Assembly: GCA_963705885.1 (NCBI GenBank)
Contig: OY970120.1
Coordinates: forward strand, 3,497,676 to 3,561,675
Length of the DNA stretch: 64,000 bases
Source: an uncultured Actinomycetota bacterium
GTDB lineage: Bacteria; Actinomycetota; Actinomycetes; JACCUZ01
Direction: 5' to 3'
Shown: positions 1 to 9,788 of the stretch, piece after piece
Position numbering within the stretch: the stretch's first letter is position 1
How the letters are laid out: each line of letters begins with the position of its first letter
Notes under the pieces: model-generated
The model's database searches: none
The model's input: the letters and a program-made list of their open reading frames with translations, nothing else
Told to the model about the DNA's origin: nothing
Translations under genes and position numbers: made by a program

Positions 1-265
1 TGCGGACGAAGCCGTAGACCCCCTCGCCCATGTACTGCACCTTGGCGGGGACCAAGGTCGCCCGGCGCGACGCGAGGTAGAAGAACGCACCGATCACCAG
101 GGTCCCGAGCACGATGATCAGCATCGGCTTGGTGAAGAAGGTCCCGTCGCCGAAGAGCGGGGGGAACTCGAAGTCTCCCGGCCCGGGGGCGTTGAACTCC
201 TCCCCCTCGGCTGCCTGGGCGACGTTGACCAGGTGCAAGGCGTCTCCATCTCCGGCGCGGTGCAT
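1..265 (-). CDS. atpB: F0F1 ATP synthase subunit a (AtpB), N-terminal part; gene continues beyond window start
   Basis: Minus-strand translation from ATG at 265 gives MHRAGDGDALHLVNVAQAAEGEEFNAPGPGDFEFPPLFGDGTFFTKPMLIIVLGTLVIGAFFYLASRRATLVPAKVQYMGEGVYGFVR, which matches the AtpB N-terminus. It sits downstream of wecA and the small membrane genes, as in actinobacterial atp operons. Confidence 0.6.
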   Translation of the reverse strand, partial: MHRAGDGDALHLVNVAQAAEGEEFNAPGPGDFEFPPLFGDGTFFTKPMLIIVLGTLVIGAFFYLASRRATLVPAKVQYMGEGVYGFVR

Positions 266-284
266 CAGGTGTGTGCGAACTGCT

Positions 285-500
285 TCAGGATCGGGTCCTA
301 CCGTACCGGAGCCACACGATCGCGACTCCGGCGGCCGCCCCGCCGACGATGCCCACCGCGACGAAGCCCCGGGTGTCCAGCCAGCGGTCGACCAGCCAGC
401 CGATCCCGCCGTAGAGGATCACGCCACCGAGCAGGTAGCTGACCACCGCCCAGGCGTCGACCTCACGCGCCGGCGGGTCCTGCGGCGGCTCGTCCGACAT
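285..500 (-). CDS. small two-TM membrane protein, AtpI/AtpZ-like (putative ATP synthase protein I)
   Basis: 71-aa ORF with two hydrophobic helices (VVSYLLGGVILYGGIGWLV and FVAVGIVGGAAAGVAIVWL) located immediately upstream of atpB. Confidence 0.4.
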   Translation of the reverse strand: MSDEPPQDPPAREVDAWAVVSYLLGGVILYGGIGWLVDRWLDTRGFVAVGIVGGAAAGVAIVWLRYGRTRS

Positions 501-512
501 GGCCTGGCGACC

Positions 513-944
513 CTACCGGCGACCGGCGCCGGCCGGCTCGTCGGGCTCGACGACCATCGGCTTCCAGCGCAGCGCCGACCACACGGTGCCGATGGTCCAC
601 CCGGCGGCGCAGGCGATCACCGTCAGCCCCAGCACGTCCCGGTCCAGGTCGTCGGAGGAGTAGAAGACCCGGAAGGTGCCGAGCAGGATCGCGATGCGGG
701 CCGAGTAGAGCAGCAGCAGGAGCGCGGCCCCGGCCCCACGGTGCCCCCGCGCGGCCTGGGCGACGGGCAGCTGGCCCAGGACGAGGAACCCGAGGACGAG
801 ACCCAGCGCGACCAGCGCGGCCAGCAGGCCCGTGCGACCGACCGTCACGGCGGCGACCACGACGGACGCCACGCCGGTCACCAGGGTGAGGGTCACCGCC
901 CGACCGAGCAGAGTTCGCTCCGTGTGGGCGGCCCGGGACGTCAC
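513..944 (-). CDS. hypothetical membrane protein (Rv1303-like, between wecA and atp operon)
   Basis: C-terminal part of the 513..3173 frame (VTSRAAHTERTLLGRAVTLTLVTGVASVVVAAV...SALRWKPMVVEPDEPAGAGRR) is hydrophobic. GTG start overlaps the wecA stop (GTGA). Position matches the conserved TM protein preceding atpB in mycobacteria. Confidence 0.35.
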   Translation of the reverse strand: MTSRAAHTERTLLGRAVTLTLVTGVASVVVAAVTVGRTGLLAALVALGLVLGFLVLGQLPVAQAARGHRGAGAALLLLLYSARIAILLGTFRVFYSSDDLDRDVLGLTVIACAAGWTIGTVWSALRWKPMVVEPDEPAGAGRR

Positions 945-2095
945 GGCGTCCGCCCCCGACGCAGCCCGGTGAACGAGCCCTCCCCGCGCCGCAGCCGCGG
1001 GATGTTCATCGTCAGCAGCAGCGCCACCAGCGTCACGCTCGCGACGCTCGCCACGAGCGGCACCGTGTCGAGGAACGCGACCGCCACCCCGCCGAAGGCC
1101 AGGACCGCCGACCACAGGTACATCACCAGCACCGCGCGCGCGTGGGAGTGCCCGCGCTCCAGGAGGCGGTGGTGCAGGTGCTGCTTGTCGGGGGTGAACG
1201 GTGACCGGCCGGCCGCGGTGCGGCGCACGATCGCGAGGAGCATGTCGAGGAACGGCACGACCATCACGGCGAGCGGCAGCAGCAGCGGGACCAGGGCGGG
1301 CGCGATGTCCGTGCCCACGTCGTTGGGGTTCACCGAGCCGGTCAGCGTGATCGTGGTCGTCGCCAGCAGCAGCCCGATGAGCATCGACCCCGAGTCGCCC
1401 ATGAACACCCGCGCGGGGCTGAAGTTGTGGGGCAGGAACCCGACGCAGACCCCGACGAGCGCTGCCGCGACGACCCCCGCCGTGGTCGCCCGGAGCAGCC
1501 CCTCCTCGACGGTCAGCAGGTAGGAGAAGGCGAAGAACGCCGACGCCGCGATCGCCACGATGCCCGCCGCGAGACCGTCGAGCCCGTCCACGAAGTTCAC
1601 CGCGTTGATCGTCACGACGATCACCAGGATGGTCAGCACCGCGCCCTCGGGAGGGCCGAGCACCACCGCACCGGGCGCCTCGCCGGGCCCCTCGCTGCCC
1701 AGGCCGCCGAAGGGAAGGAACAGCATCTGCACGCCCTGCAGCACCATCACGCCGGCGGCGAGGACCTGGCCCGCGAGCTTGGTGACCGCGTCGAGCTCCC
1801 ACCGGTCGTCGGCGACGCCGAGCAGGCAGATGAGGACCGCACCGGACAGCACCGCGACGATGTCTCGGCTGTTGAGCCGCGGCCCCAGGAAGGGGAGGTT
1901 GTCCGAGACCAGCAGCGCGGCCCCGAAGCCGCCCATCATGGCGATGCCCCCGAGCCGGGGTGTGGGGATCGCGTGCACGTCCCTGTCCCGCACGGGCGTC
2001 ATCGCGCCCCAGCGGAGGGCGATGCGGCGGGCGACGGGGGTGAGCAGGTAGGTGACCGCGGCGGCCACCACCGCGGTGAGCAGGTACTCGCGCAC
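941..2095 (-). CDS. wecA: UDP-GlcNAc:undecaprenyl-phosphate GlcNAc-1-phosphate transferase (WecA/Rfe, glycosyltransferase family 4)
   Basis: 384-aa polytopic membrane protein (MREYLLTAVVAAAVTYLLTPVARRIALRWGAMTPVRDRDVHAIPTPRLGGIAMMGGF...DMLLAIVRRTAAGRSPFTPDKQHLHHRLL). MraY/WecA family motifs. Conserved position next to the atp operon. Confidence 0.8.
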   Translation of the reverse strand: MREYLLTAVVAAAVTYLLTPVARRIALRWGAMTPVRDRDVHAIPTPRLGGIAMMGGFGAALLVSDNLPFLGPRLNSRDIVAVLSGAVLICLLGVADDRWELDAVTKLAGQVLAAGVMVLQGVQMLFLPFGGLGSEGPGEAPGAVVLGPPEGAVLTILVIVVTINAVNFVDGLDGLAAGIVAIAASAFFAFSYLLTVEEGLLRATTAGVVAAALVGVCVGFLPHNFSPARVFMGDSGSMLIGLLLATTTITLTGSVNPNDVGTDIAPALVPLLLPLAVMVVPFLDMLLAIVRRTAAGRSPFTPDKQHLHHRLLERGHSHARAVLVMYLWSAVLAFGGVAVAFLDTVPLVASVASVTLVALLLTMNIPRLRRGEGSFTGLRRGRTP

Positions 2096-2107
2096 GTCTC
2101 TGCCGCG

Positions 2108-3394
2108 TCAGTCCGGACGCGGGTACGCCGGGTGGCGCCCGACCAGGGCGCCGACCGCGTCGGCCACCTCGCCCGCCGCCGAGCCGTCGGCGTCGCGCAC
2201 CGCCCGGCCGATGAGGCTCGCGACCTCCTTCATCGCCGTCTCGGTCATGCCCTGTGTGGTGACCGCCGGTGTGCCCACCCGGATGCCCGACGCCGTCATG
2301 GGCGGCTGCGGGTCGTAGGGGATCGCGTTCTTGTTCAGCGTGATCCTCGCCGCGTCGCAGCGCTGCTCCGCCTCCGCGCCGGTGACCCCGAGGTCCCGCA
2401 GGTCGAGCAGGGCGAGGTGCGTGTCGGTGCCGCCGGACACGGGACGCATGCCCTCGGCCTCGAGGGCGTGCGAGAGCGCCTGGGCGTTGGCGACCACCTG
2501 GTGGGCGTAGTCGCGGTAGGAGGGCTGGAGGCACTCGCGCAGCGCGACCGCCTTCGCCGCCACCGCGTGCATGAGAGGCCCGCCCTGCGAGAACGGGAAC
2601 ACCGCCTTGTCGATGCGCGCCGCCAGCTCGGGCCGGCAGACGACCATCCCGCCGCGGGGCCCGCGCAGCACCTTGTGCGTCGTGAACGTCACCACGTCGG
2701 CGTGCGGGACGGGCGACGGGATCGCGGCGCCGGCGACGAGCCCGATGAAGTGCGCCGCGTCGACCATCAGCCAGGCGCCGACCTCGTCGGCGATCTCGCG
2801 GAACCGGGCGAAGTCGATCAGCCGCGGGTAGGCGGTCGCGCCCGCGATGATCATCTTGGGCCGGTGCTCGAGCGCCAGGTCGCGCACCTCGTCGTAGTCG
2901 ATGAGCTCGGTGTCCCGGCGCACCGTGTAGGGCACCGGCCGGAACCAGGTGCCCGAGAAGCTGACCTTGCTGCCGTGGGTGAGGTGGCCCCCGTGCGGGA
3001 GCGACATGGCCAGCACGGTGTCGCCGGGCTGCACCAGGGCGGCGTAGGCCGCGAGGTTCGCGCTCGCGCCGGAGTGCGGCTGGAGGTTGACGTGGATGTC
3101 GGTGCCGGGCGGCGCGAAGAGCTCCTTGGCCCGCGCGATGCCGATGTCCTCGGCCTTGTCGACCTCCTGGCAACCGCCGTAGTAGCGGCGACCCGGGTAG
3201 CCCTCCGCGTACTTGTTGGACAGCGTGGAGCCGAGCGCGGCCAGCACGGCCGGAGAGGTGAGGTTCTCGCTGGCGATGAGCTGCAGGCCGCTGCGCAACC
3301 GGTCCAGCTCGCCGACCAGCACGTCGGCGATCTCCGGGTCCTCGTCCTGCAGGGCCTGGAAGTCAGGGCCCCAGAACGGCGTGGAGCGGCTCAT
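2108..3394 (-). CDS. glyA: serine hydroxymethyltransferase
   Basis: 428-aa ORF; IASENLTSPAVLAALGSTLSNKYAEGYPGRRYYGGC and TTHKVLRGPRGGMV (PLP-lysine region) are canonical SHMT. Confidence 0.95.
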   Translation of the reverse strand: MSRSTPFWGPDFQALQDEDPEIADVLVGELDRLRSGLQLIASENLTSPAVLAALGSTLSNKYAEGYPGRRYYGGCQEVDKAEDIGIARAKELFAPPGTDIHVNLQPHSGASANLAAYAALVQPGDTVLAMSLPHGGHLTHGSKVSFSGTWFRPVPYTVRRDTELIDYDEVRDLALEHRPKMIIAGATAYPRLIDFARFREIADEVGAWLMVDAAHFIGLVAGAAIPSPVPHADVVTFTTHKVLRGPRGGMVVCRPELAARIDKAVFPFSQGGPLMHAVAAKAVALRECLQPSYRDYAHQVVANAQALSHALEAEGMRPVSGGTDTHLALLDLRDLGVTGAEAEQRCDAARITLNKNAIPYDPQPPMTASGIRVGTPAVTTQGMTETAMKEVASLIGRAVRDADGSAAGEVADAVGALVGRHPAYPRPD

Positions 3395-4059
3395 GACGAG
3401 TCACTGTACGGCTCGGTGAGCAGGTCGGGCGCGACCGCGCGCAGCGTCTCCTCGCCGACCGCCCCCGCCCGCAGCAGGCGCGGCGCCTCGCCGGTGACGT
3501 CGACGATCGTCGAGGGCACCGGCTCGCCCGCCGCTCCCCCGTCGAGGTAGACCGACACGGCCTCCCCGAGCTGGTCCACCGCCTCGTCGGCCGTCGTGGC
3601 CGGCGGGCGGCCGGTGACGTTGGCGCTGCTGACCGCCATCGGCCCGGTGGCCTGCAGCAGCTCGATCGCCACGAGGTGCAGCGGCATCCGCACCGCGACG
3701 GTGCCGCCGGTGTCGCCGAGGTCCCACCGCAGCGACGGCTGGGCCCTGGCCACGAGGGTGAGGCCGCCCGGCCAGAAGGCGTCGACCAGGTCGCGGGCGG
3801 TCTGCGAGAGCCCGGTCGCGATGCCGTCGAGGGTGCGCGGGGAGCCCACGAGCACGGGCACGGGCATGTCACGGCCCCTGCCCTTGGCCGCGATCAGCCC
3901 GGCCACGGCCTCCGGCGAGAACGCGTCCGTGCCCAGCCCGTAGACCGTGTCGGTGGGCAGCACCACCAGCTCGCCGCGGCGGACCGCGTCGGCGGCCTGC
4001 TCGATGCCGACCGGGCGCTCCGAGGGCACCGACATGTCGAAGCGGCGGATCCAGCCCAT
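3391..4059 (-). CDS. tsaC: L-threonylcarbamoyladenylate synthase (TsaC/YrdC type)
   Basis: [47 protein letters not shown]...AVSSANVTGRPPATTADEAV is YrdC/Sua5 domain. ATG at 4059 has a GGGGGGA RBS 6-7 nt upstream; an alternative ATG lies at 4035. Overlaps the glyA start (ATGA). The ORF-track frame extends further upstream as a GC artefact. Confidence 0.8.
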   Translation of the reverse strand: MGWIRRFDMSVPSERPVGIEQAADAVRRGELVVLPTDTVYGLGTDAFSPEAVAGLIAAKGRGRDMPVPVLVGSPRTLDGIATGLSQTARDLVDAFWPGGLTLVARAQPSLRWDLGDTGGTVAVRMPLHLVAIELLQATGPMAVSSANVTGRPPATTADEAVDQLGEAVSVYLDGGAAGEPVPSTIVDVTGEAPRLLRAGAVGEETLRAVAPDLLTEPYSDSS

Positions 4060-4889
4060 CAGCGATCCCCCCGCACCGCGGTGACGAAGCGGTCGCGCCC
4101 CGCGAGGTCCGTGTGGTCGCGGATGCCGGTCCACCGCCCGGCCGCGACGAACACCGCCGGCGCCGCCTCGCCCTGCAGGTCCGCGTGCTCGACCACGACG
4201 AGACCTCCTGCCCGGAGCAGCCGGGCGGCGACCCGCTCGACCACCCGCACCGCGTCCAGCCCGTCCTCGCCCGACCACAGCGCAGCCGGGGGGTCGTGCT
4301 CCACCACTTCGGCGTCGCGGATCAGGGCGCCGACCGGGATGTAGGGCGGGTTGCTCACGACGACGTCGACCGAGCCGTCGAGCTCGCGGAAGGCACCGGC
4401 CATGTCGCCGCACACGAGGTCCACCGAGGTCCCCGCGCAGTTGCGGACCGCCCACGCGTGGGCTCGTGGGTCGGCCTCGACGGCGTGCACCGCGGCGGCC
4501 GGCACCTCCTGGGCGACGGACAGCGCGATCGCCCCGGACCCGGTGCAGAGGTCGACGACCACCGGTGCCGGCAGGTCGCGCGCGGCGGCGACGGCCGCCT
4601 CGGCCACCACCTCTGTCTCGGGACGCGGCACGAACACGCCGGGCCCGACCTCGAGCGTCAGGTGCCGGAAGTGCGCCCTGCCGGTGATGTGCTGGAGCGG
4701 CTCCCGGCCGGCCCGCCTCGCGACGTACGCCTCGAACTGCTCGCCGGGGTGGTCGTGGCGCCACAGCTCGCGCCGGTCGACGCCCAGCGAGAGGGCGGCG
4801 AGCTCCTCGGCGTCGAACCGCGGCGAGGGCACTCCCGCCTCGGTCAGCCGGTGGGTGGCCGACGCGATGCCCTCGCGCAGCCGGCTCAT
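4059..4889 (-). CDS. prmC: release factor glutamine N5-methyltransferase PrmC (HemK)
   Basis: 276 aa starting [15 protein letters not shown], with [13 protein letters not shown] (SAM motif) and VVSNPPYIP (NPPY). Overlaps the prfA stop (ATGA). Confidence 0.85.
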   Translation of the reverse strand: MSRLREGIASATHRLTEAGVPSPRFDAEELAALSLGVDRRELWRHDHPGEQFEAYVARRAGREPLQHITGRAHFRHLTLEVGPGVFVPRPETEVVAEAAVAAARDLPAPVVVDLCTGSGAIALSVAQEVPAAAVHAVEADPRAHAWAVRNCAGTSVDLVCGDMAGAFRELDGSVDVVVSNPPYIPVGALIRDAEVVEHDPPAALWSGEDGLDAVRVVERVAARLLRAGGLVVVEHADLQGEAAPAVFVAAGRWTGIRDHTDLAGRDRFVTAVRGDR

Positions 4890-5956
4890 CGCGCCGAGGC
4901 CAGCTTGGCCTCGGTGTCCGCGTCGACGAGCGCCTGCACCACCGCGTCGAGGTCGCCGTCGAGGACCTGGTCGAGGTTGTGCGACTTGTAGTTCACCCGG
5001 TGGTCGGCGATGCGGTTCTCGGGGAAGTTGTAGGTCCGCACCCGCTCCGACCGGTCGACGGTGCGCACCTGGCTGCGCCGGGCGTCGGAGGCCTCCTGGT
5101 CGGCCTCCTCCTGGGCCGCGGCGAGCAGTCGGGCCCGCAGGATGCGCATCGCCTGCTCGCGGTTCTGCAGCTGGGACTTCTCGTTCTGGCAGGACGCCAC
5201 GACGCCGGTCGGGACGTGGGTGATCCGCACGGCCGAGTCGGTGGTGTTCACGCTCTGACCGCCGGGACCGGACGAGCGGTAGACGTCGATGCGCAGGTCG
5301 TTCGGGTCGATCGCGACGTCGACCTCCTCGGCCTCGGGCAGCACGAGCACCCCCGCGGCGCTGGTGTGGATGCGGCCCTGCGACTCGGTGACCGGGACGC
5401 GCTGCACACGATGCACCCCGCCCTCGTACTTCAGCCGCGCCCACACCCCGTGGCCTGGCGGGGGCGTGCCGCGGGACTTCACCGCGAGCTGGACGTCCTT
5501 GTAGCCGCCCATGTCGGTCTCGGTGGCCTCGAGGACCTCGGTCCGCCAGCCGACCCGCTCGGCGTAGCGCAGGTACATGCGCAGCAGGTCGCCCGCGAAC
5601 AGCGCGGACTCCTCGCCGCCCTCCCCCGCCTTGATCTCGACGATGACGTCCTTGTCGTCGTTCTCGTCGCGGGGCAGCAGGAGCATCCGCAGGCGCTCCT
5701 CCAGCTCGGCGCGGCGTGCCTCCATGACCGGCACCTCGGCCCGGAACGACTCGTCCTCGGTCGCGAGCTCGCGCGCCGTGGCGAGGTCCGCGGCCAGCAC
5801 CTGCAGGGCACGGTGCGCCTCGACCACGGGAGTCAGGGCGGCGTAGCGCTTGCCGAGCGCCCGGGCGCGCGCCTGGTCGCCGTGGACGGCGGGGTCGGCG
5901 AGCTCGACCTCGAGCCGTGCGTGCTCGGCGAGCAGCTCGGCCGGTGCCTCCAGCAC
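4886..5956 (-). CDS. prfA: peptide chain release factor 1
   Basis: GGQ motif ([26 protein letters not shown]). GTG start ([15 protein letters not shown]) preceded by GGAGAGGAG RBS. Confidence 0.9.
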   Translation of the reverse strand: MLEAPAELLAEHARLEVELADPAVHGDQARARALGKRYAALTPVVEAHRALQVLAADLATARELATEDESFRAEVPVMEARRAELEERLRMLLLPRDENDDKDVIVEIKAGEGGEESALFAGDLLRMYLRYAERVGWRTEVLEATETDMGGYKDVQLAVKSRGTPPPGHGVWARLKYEGGVHRVQRVPVTESQGRIHTSAAGVLVLPEAEEVDVAIDPNDLRIDVYRSSGPGGQSVNTTDSAVRITHVPTGVVASCQNEKSQLQNREQAMRILRARLLAAAQEEADQEASDARRSQVRTVDRSERVRTYNFPENRIADHRVNYKSHNLDQVLDGDLDAVVQALVDADTEAKLASAR

Positions 5957-6052
5957 GGCTGGCTCCTCTCCGTGACGACCCGCGACATGACGAACGACGA
6001 CAACGGCGCCGGCCCGCACCCGTGGGGGTGCGCGACCGACGCCGGTACCGAG

Positions 6053-6268
6053 CTACTTGCTGCCGGACTTGCCGAAGCGCTTCTCGAACCGGGCGACGCG
6101 GCCGCCGGTGTCGAGGATCTTCTGCTTGCCGGTGTAGAAGGGGTGGCACTGCGAGCAGACCTCGGCGTGGATGACGCCGTTCTTCGCGGTGCTGCGCGTC
6201 GTGAACGTGTTGCCACAGCTGCAGGTGGCTGTCGTCTCGACGTACTCCGGGTGGATGTCGGGCTTCAC
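6053..6268 (-). CDS. rpmE: 50S ribosomal protein L31 (Zn-ribbon C+ form)
   Basis: 71 aa: [69 protein letters not shown] start with AGGAG RBS. Confidence 0.9.
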   Translation of the reverse strand: MKPDIHPEYVETTATCSCGNTFTTRSTAKNGVIHAEVCSQCHPFYTGKQKILDTGGRVARFEKRFGKSGSK

Positions 6269-6357
6269 TGGTGATCTCCTCGTGGTGTCGGTCGCCGGGT
6301 CGCCGGGCCTCGGACGGCAGGCGTGAACCGGAACCAGCGCGCCAGTCTGCCAGAGAC

Positions 6358-6389
6358 CGGGGCCTCCCTCACAACCCGACGGAGGCCCC
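6358..6389 (-). terminator. 9-bp perfect inverted repeat (GGGGCCTCC-n14-GGAGGCCCC) overlapping the stop of the HAD gene; candidate intrinsic terminator of the accessory operon, upstream of the rpmE promoter
   Basis: Inverted repeat read directly from the sequence; GC-rich stem, weak U tract. Confidence 0.35.
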
Positions 6390-7109
6390 ACGGTGTTCCC
6401 GCGCCGCGGGCAGGAGCGACAGGAGCAGCCCGGTGGCGGCGGCGAAGGAGCCGACCGTCCGCCAGGGCCGGTGGGGACCGTCCGGCTCGGCCGCGTACTC
6501 CCCGGTGAGGACACGCACCGGGTGGATGCCCACCGCCAGCGCCCCGGCCACGTCCTTGGCCGGCCGGTCGCCGACGTGGACGACCTGGCCCGCCGGCAGC
6601 CCCAGCAGGTCCAGGGCGCGGCGGAACGGCGCGGGGTGGGGCTTGCGCAGCGCGCGGCCGGCGGCCCCGTCGGCGACCAGCTCGTCGGAGACGACCACGG
6701 CCTGGAGCAGGCCACGGACGCCGAGCGCGTCGAGCTTGGCGTGCTGGATGCGGGGGTTGCCGTCCGTGACGCACACGACGGGCGCCCGGGCGGCGAGCGC
6801 GCTCAGCGCGTCGACCACGCCGGGGTACGGCGCGAGGCGCGACGGTGCGTGCCCCGCGAACGCGTCGACCAGGTCGGGCACGTGCCCGGCGGGGCCGCCC
6901 AGTTCGGCGAGCGCCCGGTCGATGATGCCGCCCCGGTCGGACCCGGCCGCGGCGGCCCGGTGCAGCGCCGCCAGCAGCTCGTCCTCGGGGAGCCCCAGCA
7001 GGCCCCCGCGGGCGGCGACCGCCCGCCAGGCGCCGGCCAGCCAGCGCTCCTGCGGGAACAGCGTGTCGTCCAGGTCGACGGTGACGCCCCGGACCGGAGC
7101 GCCGGTCAC
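6369..7109 (-). CDS. HAD-superfamily hydrolase/phosphatase
   Basis: [11 protein letters not shown] (DxD nucleophile motif) plus a C-terminal [11 protein letters not shown] motif. GTG start overlaps the wecB stop (GTGA). Confidence 0.7.
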   Translation of the reverse strand: MTGAPVRGVTVDLDDTLFPQERWLAGAWRAVAARGGLLGLPEDELLAALHRAAAAGSDRGGIIDRALAELGGPAGHVPDLVDAFAGHAPSRLAPYPGVVDALSALAARAPVVCVTDGNPRIQHAKLDALGVRGLLQAVVVSDELVADGAAGRALRKPHPAPFRRALDLLGLPAGQVVHVGDRPAKDVAGALAVGIHPVRVLTGEYAAEPDGPHRPWRTVGSFAAATGLLLSLLPAAREHRGASVGL

Positions 7110-8263
7110 CGGGCGGGCCCGGCGAGGGCCGGGGTCGGCTGCTGCCCGAGGCCGGGCTCGCGCGGGGCGAGCAGGTCGCGCACGGCCGGCTCGTCGAGCA
7201 CCTCGACGACCCGGTCGGCCGTGTGCCCGTCGCCGTAGGGGCAGGGCAGGCCGGCGACCCGCGCCAGGGCCGCGGGGTCGGTGAGCGCGTCGGCGGCCGC
7301 GAGCACCCGGTCGCGGTCGAGCCCGGTGAGGACCGCCGCCCCGCTGCGGACGCCCTCCCACCGCGGTGTCGTCGTGCGCATCACGACGACCGGGACGCCG
7401 AGCCAGGACGCCTCCTCCTGCAGCCCGCCGCTGTCGGTCACGGCCACCCGGCTCGCAGCCAGGGCCGCCAGCAGCGCGGGGTAGGGCAGCGGGTCGGTGC
7501 AGGTCACGCCTGGGGCGGCCGACAGGTCTGCGAGCAGGTCCTGCTCGGCGAGCCGGGCCCGGGTCCGCGGGTGCAGCGGGAAGAGCACGGGCCCGTGGCG
7601 CTCGCCGAGGTCCGCGACGAGCCGGGTCAGCTCCCGCAGCCGCACCGGGTCGTCGACGTTGGTGGCGCGGTGCGCCGTGACGAGCACGCCCCGTCGGTCG
7701 GCCGGCGGGACGGCCGGGACGCCGCGCAGGCGCAGCGTGTCGATGACGGGGTTGCCCACCACGCGCACCCGCTCGGCCGGGACCCCCTCGTCGGCCAGGA
7801 ACCGCGCGGCCAGGTCCGTCGGCGCGAGGTGCAGTGTCGCCAGGGCCGCGACCATCCGGCGGTTGCTCTCCTCCATCGAGGTCTCGTTGAATGACCGCAG
7901 GCCCGCCTCGAGGTGGGCCACCCCGACCCCGTGACGGCGGGCCGCCATGGCCATCAGAGGCGCGGTCCAGGTGTCGCCGAGCACGAGCACGAGGTCCGGC
8001 CGGTTCTCCCCGACCTCCTGGAAGGAGCGCGCGAGCAGCGCACCGACCCGCTCCCCCTCGGTCCCGGCCAGCTCCCAGACGGCGTCGGGTGCGAGCCCGA
8101 GGTCGGCGAACACCTGGCCGTACATCCCGGCGTCGACGTGTTGCCCGGTCGCGACGCACCGCACCCGGTGACCGCGGGCACGCAGGGCGCCGACGACGCC
8201 GGCCAGCTTGATGACCTCGGGCCTGGTCCCCACCGGGACCGTGATCCGCAGCGGCTGCGTCAT
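7106..8263 (-). CDS. wecB: UDP-N-acetylglucosamine 2-epimerase (non-hydrolysing)
   Basis: MTQPLRITVPVGTRPEVIKLAGVV...HLEAGLRSFN...VVGNPVIDTL are epimerase motifs. ATG overlaps the stop of the upstream ATP-grasp gene (ATGA). Confidence 0.85.
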   Translation of the reverse strand: MTQPLRITVPVGTRPEVIKLAGVVGALRARGHRVRCVATGQHVDAGMYGQVFADLGLAPDAVWELAGTEGERVGALLARSFQEVGENRPDLVLVLGDTWTAPLMAMAARRHGVGVAHLEAGLRSFNETSMEESNRRMVAALATLHLAPTDLAARFLADEGVPAERVRVVGNPVIDTLRLRGVPAVPPADRRGVLVTAHRATNVDDPVRLRELTRLVADLGERHGPVLFPLHPRTRARLAEQDLLADLSAAPGVTCTDPLPYPALLAALAASRVAVTDSGGLQEEASWLGVPVVVMRTTTPRWEGVRSGAAVLTGLDRDRVLAAADALTDPAALARVAGLPCPYGDGHTADRVVEVLDEPAVRDLLAPREPGLGQQPTPALAGPAR

Positions 8264-9756
8264 CCCTCGAAGACCTCGCTGAAGTGGCGCATCATCCGCA
8301 CCCCGGGTCGGGCGACGAGCCGCTCGGCACGCAGCGGCAGCCCCAGCACCGCCCGGAGGTACTCCTCCACCAGGTCCGCGCCGGAGGCGAGGCTGAGCGG
8401 CAGCCCGCCGGAGAACCTCGGGTTGACCTCGAGCACGACGACGCTGCCGTCGTCCTGCACGAACCCCTGCACGTTGGCCGGTCCGGTGATCTCCACGGCC
8501 TTCAGGGTCAGTGCCACGACGTTGGCGACCTCGTCGTGGAGGAACGTCTCGCCCAGGGTGGAGATGCCACCTCGGGTCGCGAGCCGCCACCGGGCCGCCG
8601 CGCCGGCGAGGTTGCCCGAGGGCCCGACCAGTGCGTCGCAGGTGAACTCGCGACCGGTCATCATGGTCTGGACGATCGGGTCGGGCACCACGCGCAGGGC
8701 GCTGGCCAGCTGCGCCCGCGTGGAGGCGGTCACCACGTCGCGCGAGCCGCGTCCGAAGCGGGGCTTGACGACCCACGGCCCCGGCACGCCCTCTGCGCTG
8801 CCGAGGCCGGTCGCGGGCGTCGGCACCCCGCTCGCCGCGAGGACGGTGTGGAACCGCCACTTGTCGGTGCAGCTCTCGACCGCGTCGAGGCTCGGGAACA
8901 TCGTGGCGACGCCGGCCTCCTCGAGGTAGTCCGCAGCAGGGACCAGCGCGGCGTACTCCTCGGCCACGGTGCAGACGATCGCCCTCGCCCTCGACACGGT
9001 CGCGAACCGCAGCAGCGCGGCGACGTACTGCGGGTCGGTGCGCATCGGCACGACGTGGTGCTCGTCGGCGAGGCGGAGCCCGACGGCCGACGGGTCGGCG
9101 TCGACGGCGAGGACGTGGTGCCCTCGCCCCCGCAGGGCGCGGATCACGGCCACACCGGCCGGGCCGCCCGCCCCCGTGACGAGGACCCGGACCGGGGACA
9201 GGCGCTCGGGGTCGGGGAGCGGCTCGTGCCGCTGTGCCGGCGCCGGGTCGGCGTCAGCAGGCTCGTGGACGTGGTCCTTGCGCGTGCGGAACTCCTCGGC
9301 CCGCGCCGGGTCCAGCGACGGCGGAGGGACGGCGCCGGCGACCCCGGGGAGCATCGGCGCCGTGGCCCCGCCGTTGCGGAGCTCTGGATGCTTCTCGGTG
9401 TGCGCCCGTGCCCACAGCCGGAGCTCGACGACGGCGCCGGTCGAGGCCGGCTCCCACTGCCGGCTCGCCACGGTGCGCACGACTGCGGACAGGACGGCGG
9501 GGTCGGACTCGGACCGGACCGCGCGCAGCAGCGCGGGTGCCGTGGAGGCCAGCCCCATCTCGCCGGCCTGCAGGACCGCCACCTCCCGGACCGCCGGGTC
9601 CGGGTCGCGGAGCCCCGCCGTCACGCCACGGCGCACGCGCAGGAGCCGGGCGAGCCGCCAGCACGCCGCGACCAGCAGTGCCGTGATGGCCACGAGCAGC
9701 GCGATGCCCAGGACCAGCGACTGCTGCTGGTCCGTCGTCACCGCGAGAACGTCCAC
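8260..9756 (-). CDS. membrane-anchored ATP-grasp ligase (N-terminal TM helix + HEAT-like repeats + C-terminal ATP-grasp/carboxylate-amine ligase fold)
   Basis: 498 aa from GTG (VDVLAVTTDQQQSLVLGIALLVAITALLVAACWRLARLL forms the TM anchor). REVAVLQAGEMGLASTAPALLRAV looks HEAT-like. C-terminal half (VRVLVTGAGGPAGVAVIRAL...VVKPRFGRGSRDVV...VVLEVNPRFSGG) has an ATP-grasp fold. GGAG RBS upstream of the GTG. Confidence 0.6.
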   Translation of the reverse strand: MDVLAVTTDQQQSLVLGIALLVAITALLVAACWRLARLLRVRRGVTAGLRDPDPAVREVAVLQAGEMGLASTAPALLRAVRSESDPAVLSAVVRTVASRQWEPASTGAVVELRLWARAHTEKHPELRNGGATAPMLPGVAGAVPPPSLDPARAEEFRTRKDHVHEPADADPAPAQRHEPLPDPERLSPVRVLVTGAGGPAGVAVIRALRGRGHHVLAVDADPSAVGLRLADEHHVVPMRTDPQYVAALLRFATVSRARAIVCTVAEEYAALVPAADYLEEAGVATMFPSLDAVESCTDKWRFHTVLAASGVPTPATGLGSAEGVPGPWVVKPRFGRGSRDVVTASTRAQLASALRVVPDPIVQTMMTGREFTCDALVGPSGNLAGAAARWRLATRGGISTLGETFLHDEVANVVALTLKAVEITGPANVQGFVQDDGSVVVLEVNPRFSGGLPLSLASGADLVEEYLRAVLGLPLRAERLVARPGVRMMRHFSEVFEG

Positions 9757-9788
9757 ACTGCTCCATTCGGATGAACAGGACGTCGCCT

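Noticed and set aside
513-3173. 886-aa minus-strand ORF spanning wecA and glyA in another frame
   Set aside because: Arg/Gly/Pro-rich translation typical of off-frame reading in high-GC DNA; the same DNA encodes well-conserved WecA and SHMT. Only its last ~144 codons (513-944) look like a real membrane protein.
1427-3550. 707-aa plus-strand ORF antisense to wecA/glyA
   Set aside because: Low-complexity RD/GE-rich product, antisense to two canonical genes; GC-frame artefact.
3391-4764. Upstream extension (to 457 aa) of the tsaC reading frame, and 4059..6149 extension of prmC
   Set aside because: Only the C-terminal 222 and 276 aa match the YrdC and PrmC families. The extensions are Arg/Pro-rich artefacts overlapping prmC and prfA.
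8255-8265. Apparent 1-nt discrepancy between my hand indexing of the ATP-grasp stop / wecB ATG and the ORF-track frame
   Set aside because: The ORF track treats wecB as one continuous 584-codon frame and its coordinates match the text at 8211 and 8284, so I attributed the mismatch to my own reading rather than to a genuine frameshift and used ORF-track frames.
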